Source: Candidatus Eiseniibacteriota bacterium (GTDB taxonomy: Bacteria > Eisenbacteria > RBG-16-71-46). From it: a DNA stretch of 64,000 bases. Position numbers and translations under genes: made by a program. Location of the stretch: contig JBGAOA010000007.1 of NCBI GenBank assembly GCA_044222065.1, forward strand, positions 6,462 through 70,461, written 5' to 3'. Every line of letters starts with the position of its first letter. Within the stretch, counting starts at the first letter, position 1. Positions 9,484 through 18,162 of this stretch are shown here, piece by piece. A model generated the notes under the pieces. It was not told the origin of the DNA. It ran no database searches and saw nothing but the letters and a program-made list of their open reading frames with translations.

Positions 9484-10376
9484 GCCAGATCTCGTTCAAG
9501 GACGCGGTCCCGCAGATCGAGCTGCTCGACTCCGGGCACCTCGCCTGTCCGGGCTGCGGCGCCGCGCTCGCGATGCGCATGGTGCTGAAGGCGCTCGGCG
9601 AGAAGACCGTCGTCGCCCTGCCCGCGTGCTGCTGGAGCATCATCGCGGGGCCGTACCCGCAGTCGTCGCTCAAGGTGCCGCTCTACCACACGGCGTTCGA
9701 GACCGGCGCGTCGGCGGCCTCGGGCATCAAGGCGGCGCTCGTCGCGCGCGGCGACACCGAGACCACGGTCGTCGCCTGGGCGGGCGACGGCGGCACGTTC
9801 GACATCGGCCTGCAGGCGCTGTCGGGCGCGGCCGAGCGGAACGAGGACATCCTGTACGTCTGCTACGACAACGAGGCGTACATGAACACCGGCATCCAGC
9901 GTTCGTCGGCGACGCCGTTCGGCGCGTGGACGACGACGACGCCCGGCCAGCACACGAAGTCGCATCCGAAGAAGGACATTCTCGCGATCCTCGCGGCGCA
10001 CCGCATTCCGTACGCCGCGAGCGCGACGCCGGCGTATCCCGAGGACCTGATGCGCAAGGTGCAGCGCGCGAAGGCGACGCGCGGCATGCGCTTCCTGCAC
10101 CTGCTCGCGCCGTGCCCTCCCGGCTGGAAGACGGAGGACTCCGAGACGATCGAACTCGCCCGGCTCGCCGTGCAGGCGCGCGTGTTCCCGCTGCTCGAGG
10201 TCGAGAACGGCGAGACGTGGCGGCTCACGATCGAGCCGCGCGGCGACTCGGTCGCCGAGTATCTCGAACGGCAGGGCCGCTTCCGCCACCTCGGCGACGA
10301 GGCCGTGCAGGCGATCCAGGTGCAGGTGGACGCGCGCTGGCGTTCGATCGAGCGGAGGGTGAAGGACGGGGTGTAG
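9480..10376 (+). CDS. porB: 2-oxoacid:ferredoxin oxidoreductase beta subunit (thiamine-diphosphate binding)
   Basis: ATG overlaps the porA stop (ATGA). CPGCG, GDGG and YDNEAYMNTG motifs of the TPP-binding beta subunit are present. Confidence 0.9.
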   Translation: MSQISFKDAVPQIELLDSGHLACPGCGAALAMRMVLKALGEKTVVALPACCWSIIAGPYPQSSLKVPLYHTAFETGASAASGIKAALVARGDTETTVVAWAGDGGTFDIGLQALSGAAERNEDILYVCYDNEAYMNTGIQRSSATPFGAWTTTTPGQHTKSHPKKDILAILAAHRIPYAASATPAYPEDLMRKVQRAKATRGMRFLHLLAPCPPGWKTEDSETIELARLAVQARVFPLLEVENGETWRLTIEPRGDSVAEYLERQGRFRHLGDEAVQAIQVQVDARWRSIERRVKDGV

Positions 10377-10385
10377 TCCGCGGCC

Positions 10386-10772
10386 TCAGTACGACTGGTA
10401 GGACTTCTCCTCGAGCAACGTCGAGCCGAGCGCGACGTTGAGGTCGCGCTTGATCGCGGCGCGCCGGTCGTTCGTGCGGTAGACGGCGCGCGCGAGCTCG
10501 ATGAAGTCGGCGTCGAACGTGCGGGCCGCTTCCTTTTCGCGAATGCGGTCCTCGATCTCCCACAGCGTCTCGTTCACGCGCTTGAGGTCGGCGACGAGCG
10601 CCGCGACGTCTCGGCTCGCGAGCGGCGAAGCCGCCCACGTCGCGCGCAGCAGCTCGAGTTCGCGCCGGACGTTCTCGAGTTTGGCCGGGTCGGTGATGCG
10701 CTCGGACTTGATCTCGAGGATCGTGAGCTTGTCGAGGAACTCGCCGGGCGAAGTCTGAACGTTGAGCAGCAT
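10386..10772 (-). CDS. Conserved hypothetical protein (128 aa, predicted coiled-coil)
   Basis: ATG at 10772 (MLLNVQTSPGEFLDKLTILEIKSERI...). The longer ORF extension upstream is Arg-rich and was rejected. Convergent with porB. Confidence 0.55.
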   Translation of the reverse strand: MLLNVQTSPGEFLDKLTILEIKSERITDPAKLENVRRELELLRATWAASPLASRDVAALVADLKRVNETLWEIEDRIREKEAARTFDADFIELARAVYRTNDRRAAIKRDLNVALGSTLLEEKSYQSY

Positions 10773-10961
10773 CGGCGCGGGTCTCCGTGGGGCCGTGGAA
10801 GGCAGCGGGCGCGCGCAGCATAGCGGGCCGCGGCGGCCGCGTGCACGCCCGCGCCGCGCGGAAATCCCTTGCGGCCGGCCGGGGGAGCGGGCAGCGTGGG
10901 CGCGCCCCGCGCGGCCCGTCGGACCGCGCCGCACGGTCGCCTCGAGCGAAAGGAGCCCCCG

Positions 10962-11402
10962 ATGTCGCAGGCCGTCTCGCCGTCCATTCCGTCGAGTCCG
11001 ACGTCCGTCGCCTCGGGGCTCGCTCGCCTCGCGCTCGTTGCCGCCGCGTTGGCGACCGCGCTCGCGGCGCTGTGGCTGCTCTCGACGGTCGCGACCGTGC
11101 TGCCCGCGCGCGATCCGGCGCGCGTGCCGTTCTGGACGACGGTGGCGGTCGCGCTGCTCGCCTACAGCGCGCTATCGCTCGGCGCGGCGTGGCGGGGTCC
11201 GCGGGCCGGCTGGCTGCGGCTCGCGCTGCTGTGGGCGTCCGTTGCGGCGGTGTTCGTCGGCGGCTTCGAGGTGGCCGAGAACCTGTCCCCGCCGCCGGGC
11301 CGGCACTTCGAGGGCTATCTCGTGCTGCTCGGCGCGATCGTCGCGGCGCACGGCGTCGCCGCGGTCGCGTGGATCGCCGGGCGGCGGCTCCGGCGCGCCT
11401 GA
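10962..11402 (+). CDS. Hypothetical small integral membrane protein
   Basis: AAGGAG RBS before the ATG at 10962. Four predicted hydrophobic helices (LARLALVAAALATALAALWLL..., TTVAVALLAYSALSLGAAW...). Confidence 0.5.
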   Translation: MSQAVSPSIPSSPTSVASGLARLALVAAALATALAALWLLSTVATVLPARDPARVPFWTTVAVALLAYSALSLGAAWRGPRAGWLRLALLWASVAAVFVGGFEVAENLSPPPGRHFEGYLVLLGAIVAAHGVAAVAWIAGRRLRRA

Positions 11403-11431
11403 TGCGCGGCGCCGCGGCTATACTGCGGCGC

Positions 11432-12745
11432 ATGACCGCTCGCCCCCGAGGCTTCGGCTTCGCCGCGTCCTGCGCGCTCGCGCTTTCGCTCGCGTGCGCA
11501 CCGCGCGCGCTGCGCGGTCCGGACGGGAACGCGTCCCCGTCCGCGATCCGGCTCATCGAGTCGCGACCGGTTGGGACCGCGCTCGGGAACCCCGCGCTCG
11601 AGGCCGCCGATCACGCGTGGCTCAACCTGATCCGCGGCTCGCAGCGCACGCTCGACATCGAGCAGTTCTACGTGTCGCGCTGGCCGGGAGAGCCGCTCGA
11701 TCCGGTGCTCGACGAGATCGGCCGCGCGGCGAAGCGCGGCGTGCGCGTGCGGCTGCTCGTGGACGCGCGCATGCATCGCACGTATCCGCGCACGGTGGAC
11801 TCGCTCGCGAACGTGCCGGGCATCGAGGTGCGGCGCATCGACTACGGCCGGCTCGCGGGCGGCGTCCAGCACGCGAAGTTCTTCGTCGTGGACGGCGCGA
11901 CCGTCGTGCTCGGGAGCCAGAACTTCGACTGGCGCGCGCTCGCGCACATCCACGAACTCGGCGTCGTGATCCTCGACCGCCGCGTCGCGGGCGCGATCGG
12001 GAAGGCGTTCGAACTCGACTGGGCAGCGGCCGCGGACACCGTGGCGCTCGCGAGCGCGGCCGCGGTGGCCGCGTCGCGGGAACACGCGCTGCCCCCGGGG
12101 CACGCGCCCTCGCCCGTGTGGCGAGTCTCGATGTCGTTCGGCGACTCGGCGCTCGTGCGCGCGAGCGCGAACCCGCTCTCGACCGTTCCCGATTCCGTGG
12201 ACTGGGACCGCGACGCGATCCAGCGCCTGATCGACGGCGCGCGCGGCGAAGTCGTCGCGGCGATGCTCAGCTACTCGATCCGCTCCCGGAGCGGCGTGGA
12301 CTCGACGCTCCACGCGGCGCTCCGGCGCGCGGCCGTGCGCGGCGTGCGCGTACGGCTCATCGTCTCCGACTGGCAGGCCGACAGCCCGAGCCTCGGCGAC
12401 CTCAAGTCGCTCGCGCGCACGCCCGGAATCGAAGTCGTGATGTCGCGCGTGCCCGAGTGGAGCGGCGGCTACATCCCGTTCGCGCGCGTCGAGCACTGCA
12501 AGTTCCTCGTCGCGGACACGCTCCAGACCTGGATCGGCACGAGCAACTGGGGGCCGGACTACTTCCACGAGTCGCGCAACGTCGGCGTGACGATCGAGAA
12601 CCGCACGATCGCGCGGCAGGCGCGCGCGACGTTCGAGACGAGCTGGACGTTCCCGAACTCGGTCCGGCTCCACCCGGATTCGACCTACGCCCCGCGCGTT
12701 CACGGCGAGGAGCCGCCCCCGGGGGCGAAGAAGTACGGCGGCTGA
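11432..12745 (+). CDS. Phospholipase D / cardiolipin-synthase-like family lipoprotein with two HKD motifs
   Basis: Lipoprotein signal MTARPRGFGFAASCALALSLAC. Two HxKxxxxD motifs, HAKFFVVDGATVVLGSQNF and HCKFLVADTLQTWIGTSNW. An alternative ATG lies at 11402. Confidence 0.82.
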   Translation: MTARPRGFGFAASCALALSLACAPRALRGPDGNASPSAIRLIESRPVGTALGNPALEAADHAWLNLIRGSQRTLDIEQFYVSRWPGEPLDPVLDEIGRAAKRGVRVRLLVDARMHRTYPRTVDSLANVPGIEVRRIDYGRLAGGVQHAKFFVVDGATVVLGSQNFDWRALAHIHELGVVILDRRVAGAIGKAFELDWAAAADTVALASAAAVAASREHALPPGHAPSPVWRVSMSFGDSALVRASANPLSTVPDSVDWDRDAIQRLIDGARGEVVAAMLSYSIRSRSGVDSTLHAALRRAAVRGVRVRLIVSDWQADSPSLGDLKSLARTPGIEVVMSRVPEWSGGYIPFARVEHCKFLVADTLQTWIGTSNWGPDYFHESRNVGVTIENRTIARQARATFETSWTFPNSVRLHPDSTYAPRVHGEEPPPGAKKYGG

Positions 12746-12968
12746 GACGCCCGTCGGGGCCGCGATCGCCGCGCCCGGGAAATAGCCTGCGACTCGCGCG
12801 TGCGCCCGGCATCAGAGGCCGACACGCGGCCGACGGAGGCCCCGGAGCCGCGTCCCCGACCATGAACTTCACGCACCTCCAGATGTGTTGTGGCTGTTGC
12901 GCTCCGCACGCGCGGAGGGCCGGTCGCACCGTATCCGGAAGCTGCTGACGAAGAGCCGGAAAGCCGGA

Positions 12969-13010
12969 GCGCAACGCCCACCGCAAACGCGGTGGGCGTT
13001 TTCGTTTCCG
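12969..13010 (+). promoter_or_regulatory. Terminator-like hairpin with U-tract lying 18 nt upstream of the cysteine-synthase start; either a PLD terminator or a leader attenuator
   Basis: GCCCACCGC-AAAC-GCGGTGGGC followed by GTTTTCGTTTCC, then the GAGGAG RBS and the ATG at 13024. An additional hairpin CTCCGC-ACG-GCGGAG lies at about 12903. Confidence 0.45.
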
Positions 13011-13023
13011 ATCGAGGAGTCCG

Positions 13024-13989
13024 ATGGACCACGCGAATCGCGTTTACGACGACGTGCTGCAGACGCTGCCCGGTCCCGACAACCCGTCGCCGATGGTACG
13101 GCTGCGGCGGGTCGTGGCGGACGGCGGACTCGAGCTGTTCGCGAAGCTCGAGTGGATGAACCCGTTCGGCTCGGTGAAGGACCGCGCGGCGTCGTACCTG
13201 CTGCGCGACCTGGTCGAACGGGGCGAGCTGTCGGGCGAGCGGGGCGTCGTCGAGCCGACTTCGGGCAACACCGGAATCAGCATGGCCGCGATCGCGGCGG
13301 CCTACGGCGTGCCGATGCGCGCCGTCGTGCCGAACAAGGTGCCGCTCGAGAAGAAGGTGCTCCTCAAGATCGCGGGCGCCGAACTCGACGTCGTGAACGA
13401 CAACCTGTGCCCGAGCCCGGGAATGGGGGAGGGCTCGATCGGCCTCGCGAAGACGCGCGCCAGGGCCGAACGCGGGCGCTACGCGATGCCGAACCAGTAC
13501 GAGAACGACTTGAACGTGCGCGCCCACTACGAGACGACGGCGCCCGAGATCTGGAAGCAGACGGGCGGAAGGGTCACGCACCTGTTCGTCTCGCTCGGCA
13601 CGTCCGGCACCGCGATCGGGTGCGCGCGGTTCTTCCGCGACCGCGGCGCGAACGTGAAGGTCGTCGCCGTGCAGCCGAGCGAGGGCCACGACGTGCCGGG
13701 GCTGCGCAACCTGTCGGAGCTCGGCGTGTCGAAGCTGTTCGACCGCTCGCTGATCGACGAACTGATCGAAGTGCCCTACGAGCTCGCGTACACGCGCGCG
13801 CTCGAACTCGCGCGCCGCGAGGGTCTGCTCGCGGGGCCGAGTTCCGGGCTGATCCTCGAGGGCGCGCGCCGGGTCGCCGAACGCGGGGACCGCGGACTCG
13901 GCGTGCTGATCTTCCCCGACAACGCCTTCAAGTACGTCTCGAACTTCGTGAAGCACGCGCCGGAACTGGCCGAGGGAACGACGCCCTGA
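13024..13989 (+). CDS. Cysteine synthase family PLP-dependent enzyme (fold type II; CysK/CysM-like)
   Basis: SVKDRAA PLP-lysine motif, GNTG and GTSGT glycine loops. 321 aa with no CBS domains. Confidence 0.82.
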   Translation: MDHANRVYDDVLQTLPGPDNPSPMVRLRRVVADGGLELFAKLEWMNPFGSVKDRAASYLLRDLVERGELSGERGVVEPTSGNTGISMAAIAAAYGVPMRAVVPNKVPLEKKVLLKIAGAELDVVNDNLCPSPGMGEGSIGLAKTRARAERGRYAMPNQYENDLNVRAHYETTAPEIWKQTGGRVTHLFVSLGTSGTAIGCARFFRDRGANVKVVAVQPSEGHDVPGLRNLSELGVSKLFDRSLIDELIEVPYELAYTRALELARREGLLAGPSSGLILEGARRVAERGDRGLGVLIFPDNAFKYVSNFVKHAPELAEGTTP

Positions 13990-14036
13990 CGTCGGAACGC
14001 GGGGACCGCGAGCGGTCCCGTAGGAGGACACGCACC

Positions 14037-14909
14037 ATGAGCGGATACGCGCATCCCGAAGCACTCGTCACGACCGACTGGGTCCGGGCGCATCTCGGCG
14101 ATCCGAACGTGAAGGTGGTCGAGGTGGACGTGGACACCCAGGCCTACGAAGCGGGCCACATCCGCGGCGCCGTGGCGCTCAACTGGCAGACCGAGCTGCA
14201 GGATCTGCTGACGCGCGACATCGTGTCGAAGGCCGAGTTCGAAGCGCTGCTCGGCCGGAACGGCATCCGCGCCGAGGACACCGTCGTGCTCTACGGGGAC
14301 CACAACAACTGGTTCGCGGCGTACGCGTTCTGGCTGTTCAAGATCTACGGGCATCGGGACGTCCGACTGATGAACGGCGGGCGCGTGAAGTGGCTCGCCG
14401 AGGACGACAAGGAACTTGTCGTGGACCGCACCGCCGTGTCGCCGTCGCGCTACGTCGCGGGGGCGCCGGACCTGACGCTGCGCGCGCGCGTGCTCGACGT
14501 GCTGCAGTCGCAGGAGGGGCGAACGCACAACCTCGTGGACGTACGCAGCCCGGACGAGTTTACGGGCAAGGTCATCGCGCCTCCGGGCATGAACGAGACC
14601 GCGCAGCGGGCGGGCCACGTGCCCGGGGCGAAGAGCGTGCCGTGGTCCTCGGCCGTGAACGCGGACGGGACGTTCAAGGGCGCGGAGGAGCTGCGCGCGA
14701 TCTACCTGGAGCGCGCGGCGCTCGATCCCGCGAAGCCGACGATCGCGTACTGCCGCATCGGCGAGCGCTCGAGCCATACGTGGTTCGTGCTCCGCTACCT
14801 GCTCGGACTCCCGGACGTCCGCAACTACGACGGCTCGTGGACCGAGTACGGCTCGATGGTGGGGCTGCCCATCGAACGCGACGCGCCCGTCGCCGTGACG
14901 GTCGCCTGA
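14037..14909 (+). CDS. sseA: Thiosulfate / 3-mercaptopyruvate sulfurtransferase (tandem rhodanese domains)
   Basis: AGGAGG RBS before the ATG at 14037. Active-site CRIGERS loop, and an overall SseA/TST-like sequence. Confidence 0.85.
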   Translation: MSGYAHPEALVTTDWVRAHLGDPNVKVVEVDVDTQAYEAGHIRGAVALNWQTELQDLLTRDIVSKAEFEALLGRNGIRAEDTVVLYGDHNNWFAAYAFWLFKIYGHRDVRLMNGGRVKWLAEDDKELVVDRTAVSPSRYVAGAPDLTLRARVLDVLQSQEGRTHNLVDVRSPDEFTGKVIAPPGMNETAQRAGHVPGAKSVPWSSAVNADGTFKGAEELRAIYLERAALDPAKPTIAYCRIGERSSHTWFVLRYLLGLPDVRNYDGSWTEYGSMVGLPIERDAPVAVTVA

Positions 14910-14924
14910 AGCCTCCGGCAGGAC

Positions 14925-14960
14925 CGGCGTCGCGCTCCGCGTGACGCCGGTTCGCGCGCG
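14925..14960 (+). terminator. Possible terminator hairpin after sseA
   Basis: CCGGCGTC-gcgctccgcgt-GACGCCGG inverted repeat followed by TTCGCG. Confidence 0.35.
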
Positions 14961-15024
14961 GTCGTAACCTGCGCGTCGTCGGCCGGGCGCGAGGTGCGCG
15001 GGCCGCTCTTAGGGAGGAGGCGTC

Positions 15025-17367
15025 GTGGCGGTGGGCGAGCGGAGCCGACTGCGGTGCGAGGTGCGTGGCGCCGTCCAGGGCGTCGGCTTCCGGCCCTTCG
15101 TCTACCGACTCGCGACCGGGCTCGGACTCGACGGCTGGGTGCTCAACGACGCGCGCGGCGTGTTCCTCGAGGTCGAGGGTTCGCGCGCGACGCTCGAGCG
15201 CTTCTCCGAGCGCCTCACGGCGGAAGCGCCGCCGCACGCCGTGATCGAGTCGCTCGAGCGCGCCTGGCTCGAGCCCGCGCCGTTCACGGGCTTCGAGATC
15301 CGACACAGCGACGGCGCCGGCGAGAAGAGCGTCGCCGTGCTGCCCGACCTCGCGACCTGCCCCGACTGCCTCGAGGAGACGCTCGAGGCTCACTCGCGAC
15401 GCTTCGGCTACCCGTTCACGAACTGCACGCTGTGCGGCCCGCGCTTCACGATCGTGCGCGCGCTGCCCTACGACCGGCCGAACACGACGATGGCGGGCTT
15501 CGCGCTGTGCGAGCCGTGCGCGCGCGAGTACGGCGATCCCCTCGACCGCCGATTCCACGCGCAGCCGATCGCCTGCCCGGCGTGCGGACCGCACGTGGAG
15601 CTGTGGGACGACCAGGGCGAGTCCCTCGCCACGGGCGAAGCGGCGATCGCGTCCGCGCTCGAGACGCTGAGCTCGGGCCGCATCGTGGCGGTGAAGGGAC
15701 TCGGCGGCTTCCACCTGATGTGCGACGCGCGCGACGAGGCGGCGGTCGCGCGGCTGCGCGAGCGCAAGCGTCGCGAGGAGAAACCGCTCGCCGTGATGGC
15801 CGCGACGCTCGACGATGCCCGAGCGCTCGGCGAGATCGACGGCGAGGCGGCGCATGCGCTCGCGTCGTCCGAGGCGCCGATCGTGCTCGTGGTCCGGCGC
15901 GCGGACGCGCCGCTCGCCCCGGGCGTCGCGCCGCGCCTCGCCACGGTCGGCGTGATGCTGCCCGCGACCCCGCTCCACCACCTGCTCGCCCGCGGCTTCG
16001 GCGCACCGCTCGTCGCGACGAGCGGGAATCACAGCGAAGAGCCGATCTGCACGGACGACCGCGAGGCGCTCGACCGGCTCGGCGGCATCGCGGATCGCTT
16101 CCTCGTGCACGACCGTCCGATCGCGCGCCACGTGGACGACAGCGTGGGCTGGATCGCGCACGGCCGCTTCGCACTGCTGCGCCGCGCGCGTGGATTCGCG
16201 CCCCTGCCCGTGCGCGTCGCGGACTCGCGCCGCGTCGTGCTCGCGGTCGGCCCGCACCTCAAGAACACGATCGCGCTCGCGGTCGGCCCGCGCGCGTTCG
16301 TGAGCCAGCACCTCGGCGACCTCTCGACGCCGGAGGCGAATCTCGCGTTCGCTCGTGCGATCCGCGACGTGGTCGCGCTGTACGAGGCGCGGCCCGAGGC
16401 GATCGCGCACGATCTTCACCCCGACTACGAATCGACGCGCTGGGCGCAGCGGCTCGCGAAGGGCGCCGCATCACGGGAGGGCGCCGAAGCGGCGCTCGTG
16501 GAAGCCGCGCGCCGGCTCGTCCCCGTCCAGCACCACCACGCGCACCTTGCGGCGTGCCTCGCCGAGAACGGCGTCGCGGGCCCGGCGCTCGGCGTCGTGT
16601 GGGACGGCACGGGCTACGGCACCGACGGCACGATCTGGGGCGGCGAGTTCCTGCTCGGCGACGCGTCCGGCTTCGAGCGCGTCGGGCACCTGCGGTCGTT
16701 CCGCCTGCCCGGGGGCGAGATCGCCGTGCGCGAGCCGTGGCGCGTCGCGCTCGCGCTGCTCCACGACGTGCTCGGCGCGGAGGCGTTCGAGCGCGACGAC
16801 CTCGTCCCGGGCGTCACGCCCACGGCCGAAACCCGGCGCGTGCTCGCCCGGATGATCCCGAAGGATCTCCATTCGCCCGCGACGACGAGCGCCGGGCGGC
16901 TCTTCGACGCGGTCGCTGCGCTCGCCGGCGTGCGCACCCACGCGGCGTACGAAGGGCAGGCCGCGATCCTGCTCGAAGCCGCGGCCGACCGCGCCCGCCC
17001 GGACGCCGGGGCCGCGTATCCGCTGCCGCTCGTCGAGAACGACGGAGGCGCGCGCGTGCTCGACTGGCGGCCGATGGTGCGCGCGATCCTCGCGGATCGG
17101 GATCGCGGCGTCCCGCCCGAGGCGATCGCGGCGCGATTCCACGACGGCCTCGTCGAGGCGATCGTCACCGTCGCCGCGGCGGTCAGGGCGCCGCGCGTCG
17201 CGCTCACGGGCGGCTGCTTCCAGAACCGCCGGCTCGCCGAGCGCGCCGCCGACCGCCTGCGCTCGGCCGGCCACGAGGTGCTGCTCCACCGGCTCGTCCC
17301 GCCGAACGACGGCGGCGTGAGCCTCGGTCAGATCGCCGTCGCGCGCGCCGCGCTCGAGCGCGGCTGA
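15025..17367 (+). CDS. hypF: [NiFe]-hydrogenase maturation carbamoyltransferase HypF
   Basis: GTG start after GGAGGAGG. Acylphosphatase-like N-terminus, two CxxC...CxxC zinc fingers (CPDCLEE...CTLCGPRF and CEPCARE...CPACGP), a YrdC-like domain and a Kae1/HypF C-terminus with HHHAH. Confidence 0.9.
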   Translation: MAVGERSRLRCEVRGAVQGVGFRPFVYRLATGLGLDGWVLNDARGVFLEVEGSRATLERFSERLTAEAPPHAVIESLERAWLEPAPFTGFEIRHSDGAGEKSVAVLPDLATCPDCLEETLEAHSRRFGYPFTNCTLCGPRFTIVRALPYDRPNTTMAGFALCEPCAREYGDPLDRRFHAQPIACPACGPHVELWDDQGESLATGEAAIASALETLSSGRIVAVKGLGGFHLMCDARDEAAVARLRERKRREEKPLAVMAATLDDARALGEIDGEAAHALASSEAPIVLVVRRADAPLAPGVAPRLATVGVMLPATPLHHLLARGFGAPLVATSGNHSEEPICTDDREALDRLGGIADRFLVHDRPIARHVDDSVGWIAHGRFALLRRARGFAPLPVRVADSRRVVLAVGPHLKNTIALAVGPRAFVSQHLGDLSTPEANLAFARAIRDVVALYEARPEAIAHDLHPDYESTRWAQRLAKGAASREGAEAALVEAARRLVPVQHHHAHLAACLAENGVAGPALGVVWDGTGYGTDGTIWGGEFLLGDASGFERVGHLRSFRLPGGEIAVREPWRVALALLHDVLGAEAFERDDLVPGVTPTAETRRVLARMIPKDLHSPATTSAGRLFDAVAALAGVRTHAAYEGQAAILLEAAADRARPDAGAAYPLPLVENDGGARVLDWRPMVRAILADRDRGVPPEAIAARFHDGLVEAIVTVAAAVRAPRVALTGGCFQNRRLAERAADRLRSAGHEVLLHRLVPPNDGGVSLGQIAVARAALERG

Positions 17368-17377
17368 CGCCGGCGGC

Positions 17378-18055
17378 TCAGCGCCGCGCGGACGCCGCGC
17401 GCTTCGCCGCGGCCCGCGCCGCGAGCAGCGCGCACCAGTCGTCGAGACCGGCGCCGCTCGTGGCGGATACGGTCAGGATCACGCCGTCCGGCCGGAGCGC
17501 CGCGATCTGCTCGCGCACGACCGACTCGTGGAATCCGGGCACGTGCGGCAGCAGGTCCGACTTCGTGATCAGCGCGACGTCGGCGCGCGCGAAGATCGCC
17601 GGGTACTTGAACGGCTTGTCCTCGCCCTCGGGCACGGACAGCAGCACGACCTTGAAGTCCTCGCCGAGGTCGTACGACGTCGGGCAGATCAGGTTGCCGA
17701 CGTTCTCGATCAGGAGCAGGTCGAGGTCGCCGAACGCGGCGCGTTCGAGCGCCGCGTCGATCTGGCGCGCATCGAGGTGACAGGCCCCGCCCGTGAGGAT
17801 CTGGTGCGCCGGAATGCCGCTCGCGCGCAGCCGGTCGGCATCGCGCTCGGTCGCGATGTCGCCGTCGAGTGCGGCGATCCGGAGCTTCGGCGCGAGGCGC
17901 TCGGCCGTGCGTTCGAGCAGCGTCGTCTTGCCCGAGCCCGGCGACGAGATGAGGTTCACGACCAGCGTGCCGCGTTCGGCGAAGCGCGCGCGCAGGGATT
18001 CCGCGGCGGCGCGATTGGCGGCGAGCACGTGCTCGCGAACTTGGACGTCGGTCAC
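17378..18055 (-). CDS. hypB: HypB-like G3E-family metallochaperone GTPase that lacks the N-terminal CxxCGC nickel-binding motif
   Basis: GTG start at 18055, preceded by GGGAGGGCGAG. Motifs ISSPGSGKTTLLE (P-loop) and ENVGNLICP. Convergent with hypF. Confidence 0.78.
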   Translation of the reverse strand: MTDVQVREHVLAANRAAAESLRARFAERGTLVVNLISSPGSGKTTLLERTAERLAPKLRIAALDGDIATERDADRLRASGIPAHQILTGGACHLDARQIDAALERAAFGDLDLLLIENVGNLICPTSYDLGEDFKVVLLSVPEGEDKPFKYPAIFARADVALITKSDLLPHVPGFHESVVREQIAALRPDGVILTVSATSGAGLDDWCALLAARAAAKRAASARR

Positions 18056-18162
18056 CGGACTCGCCCTCCCGAGGAGCCGCGACGCGCGGCTCGACGCGGG
18101 CAGGGTACCGCGGCGCGCGCCGGACGGGAATCGCGGCGCTCGTGGCGGCGACGCGAACGAAG

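Noticed and set aside
10225-11556. 443-aa minus-strand Arg/Pro-rich ORF spanning the porB 3' end through the small-membrane-protein gene
   Set aside because: Composition artefact. It overlaps two better-supported genes on both strands.
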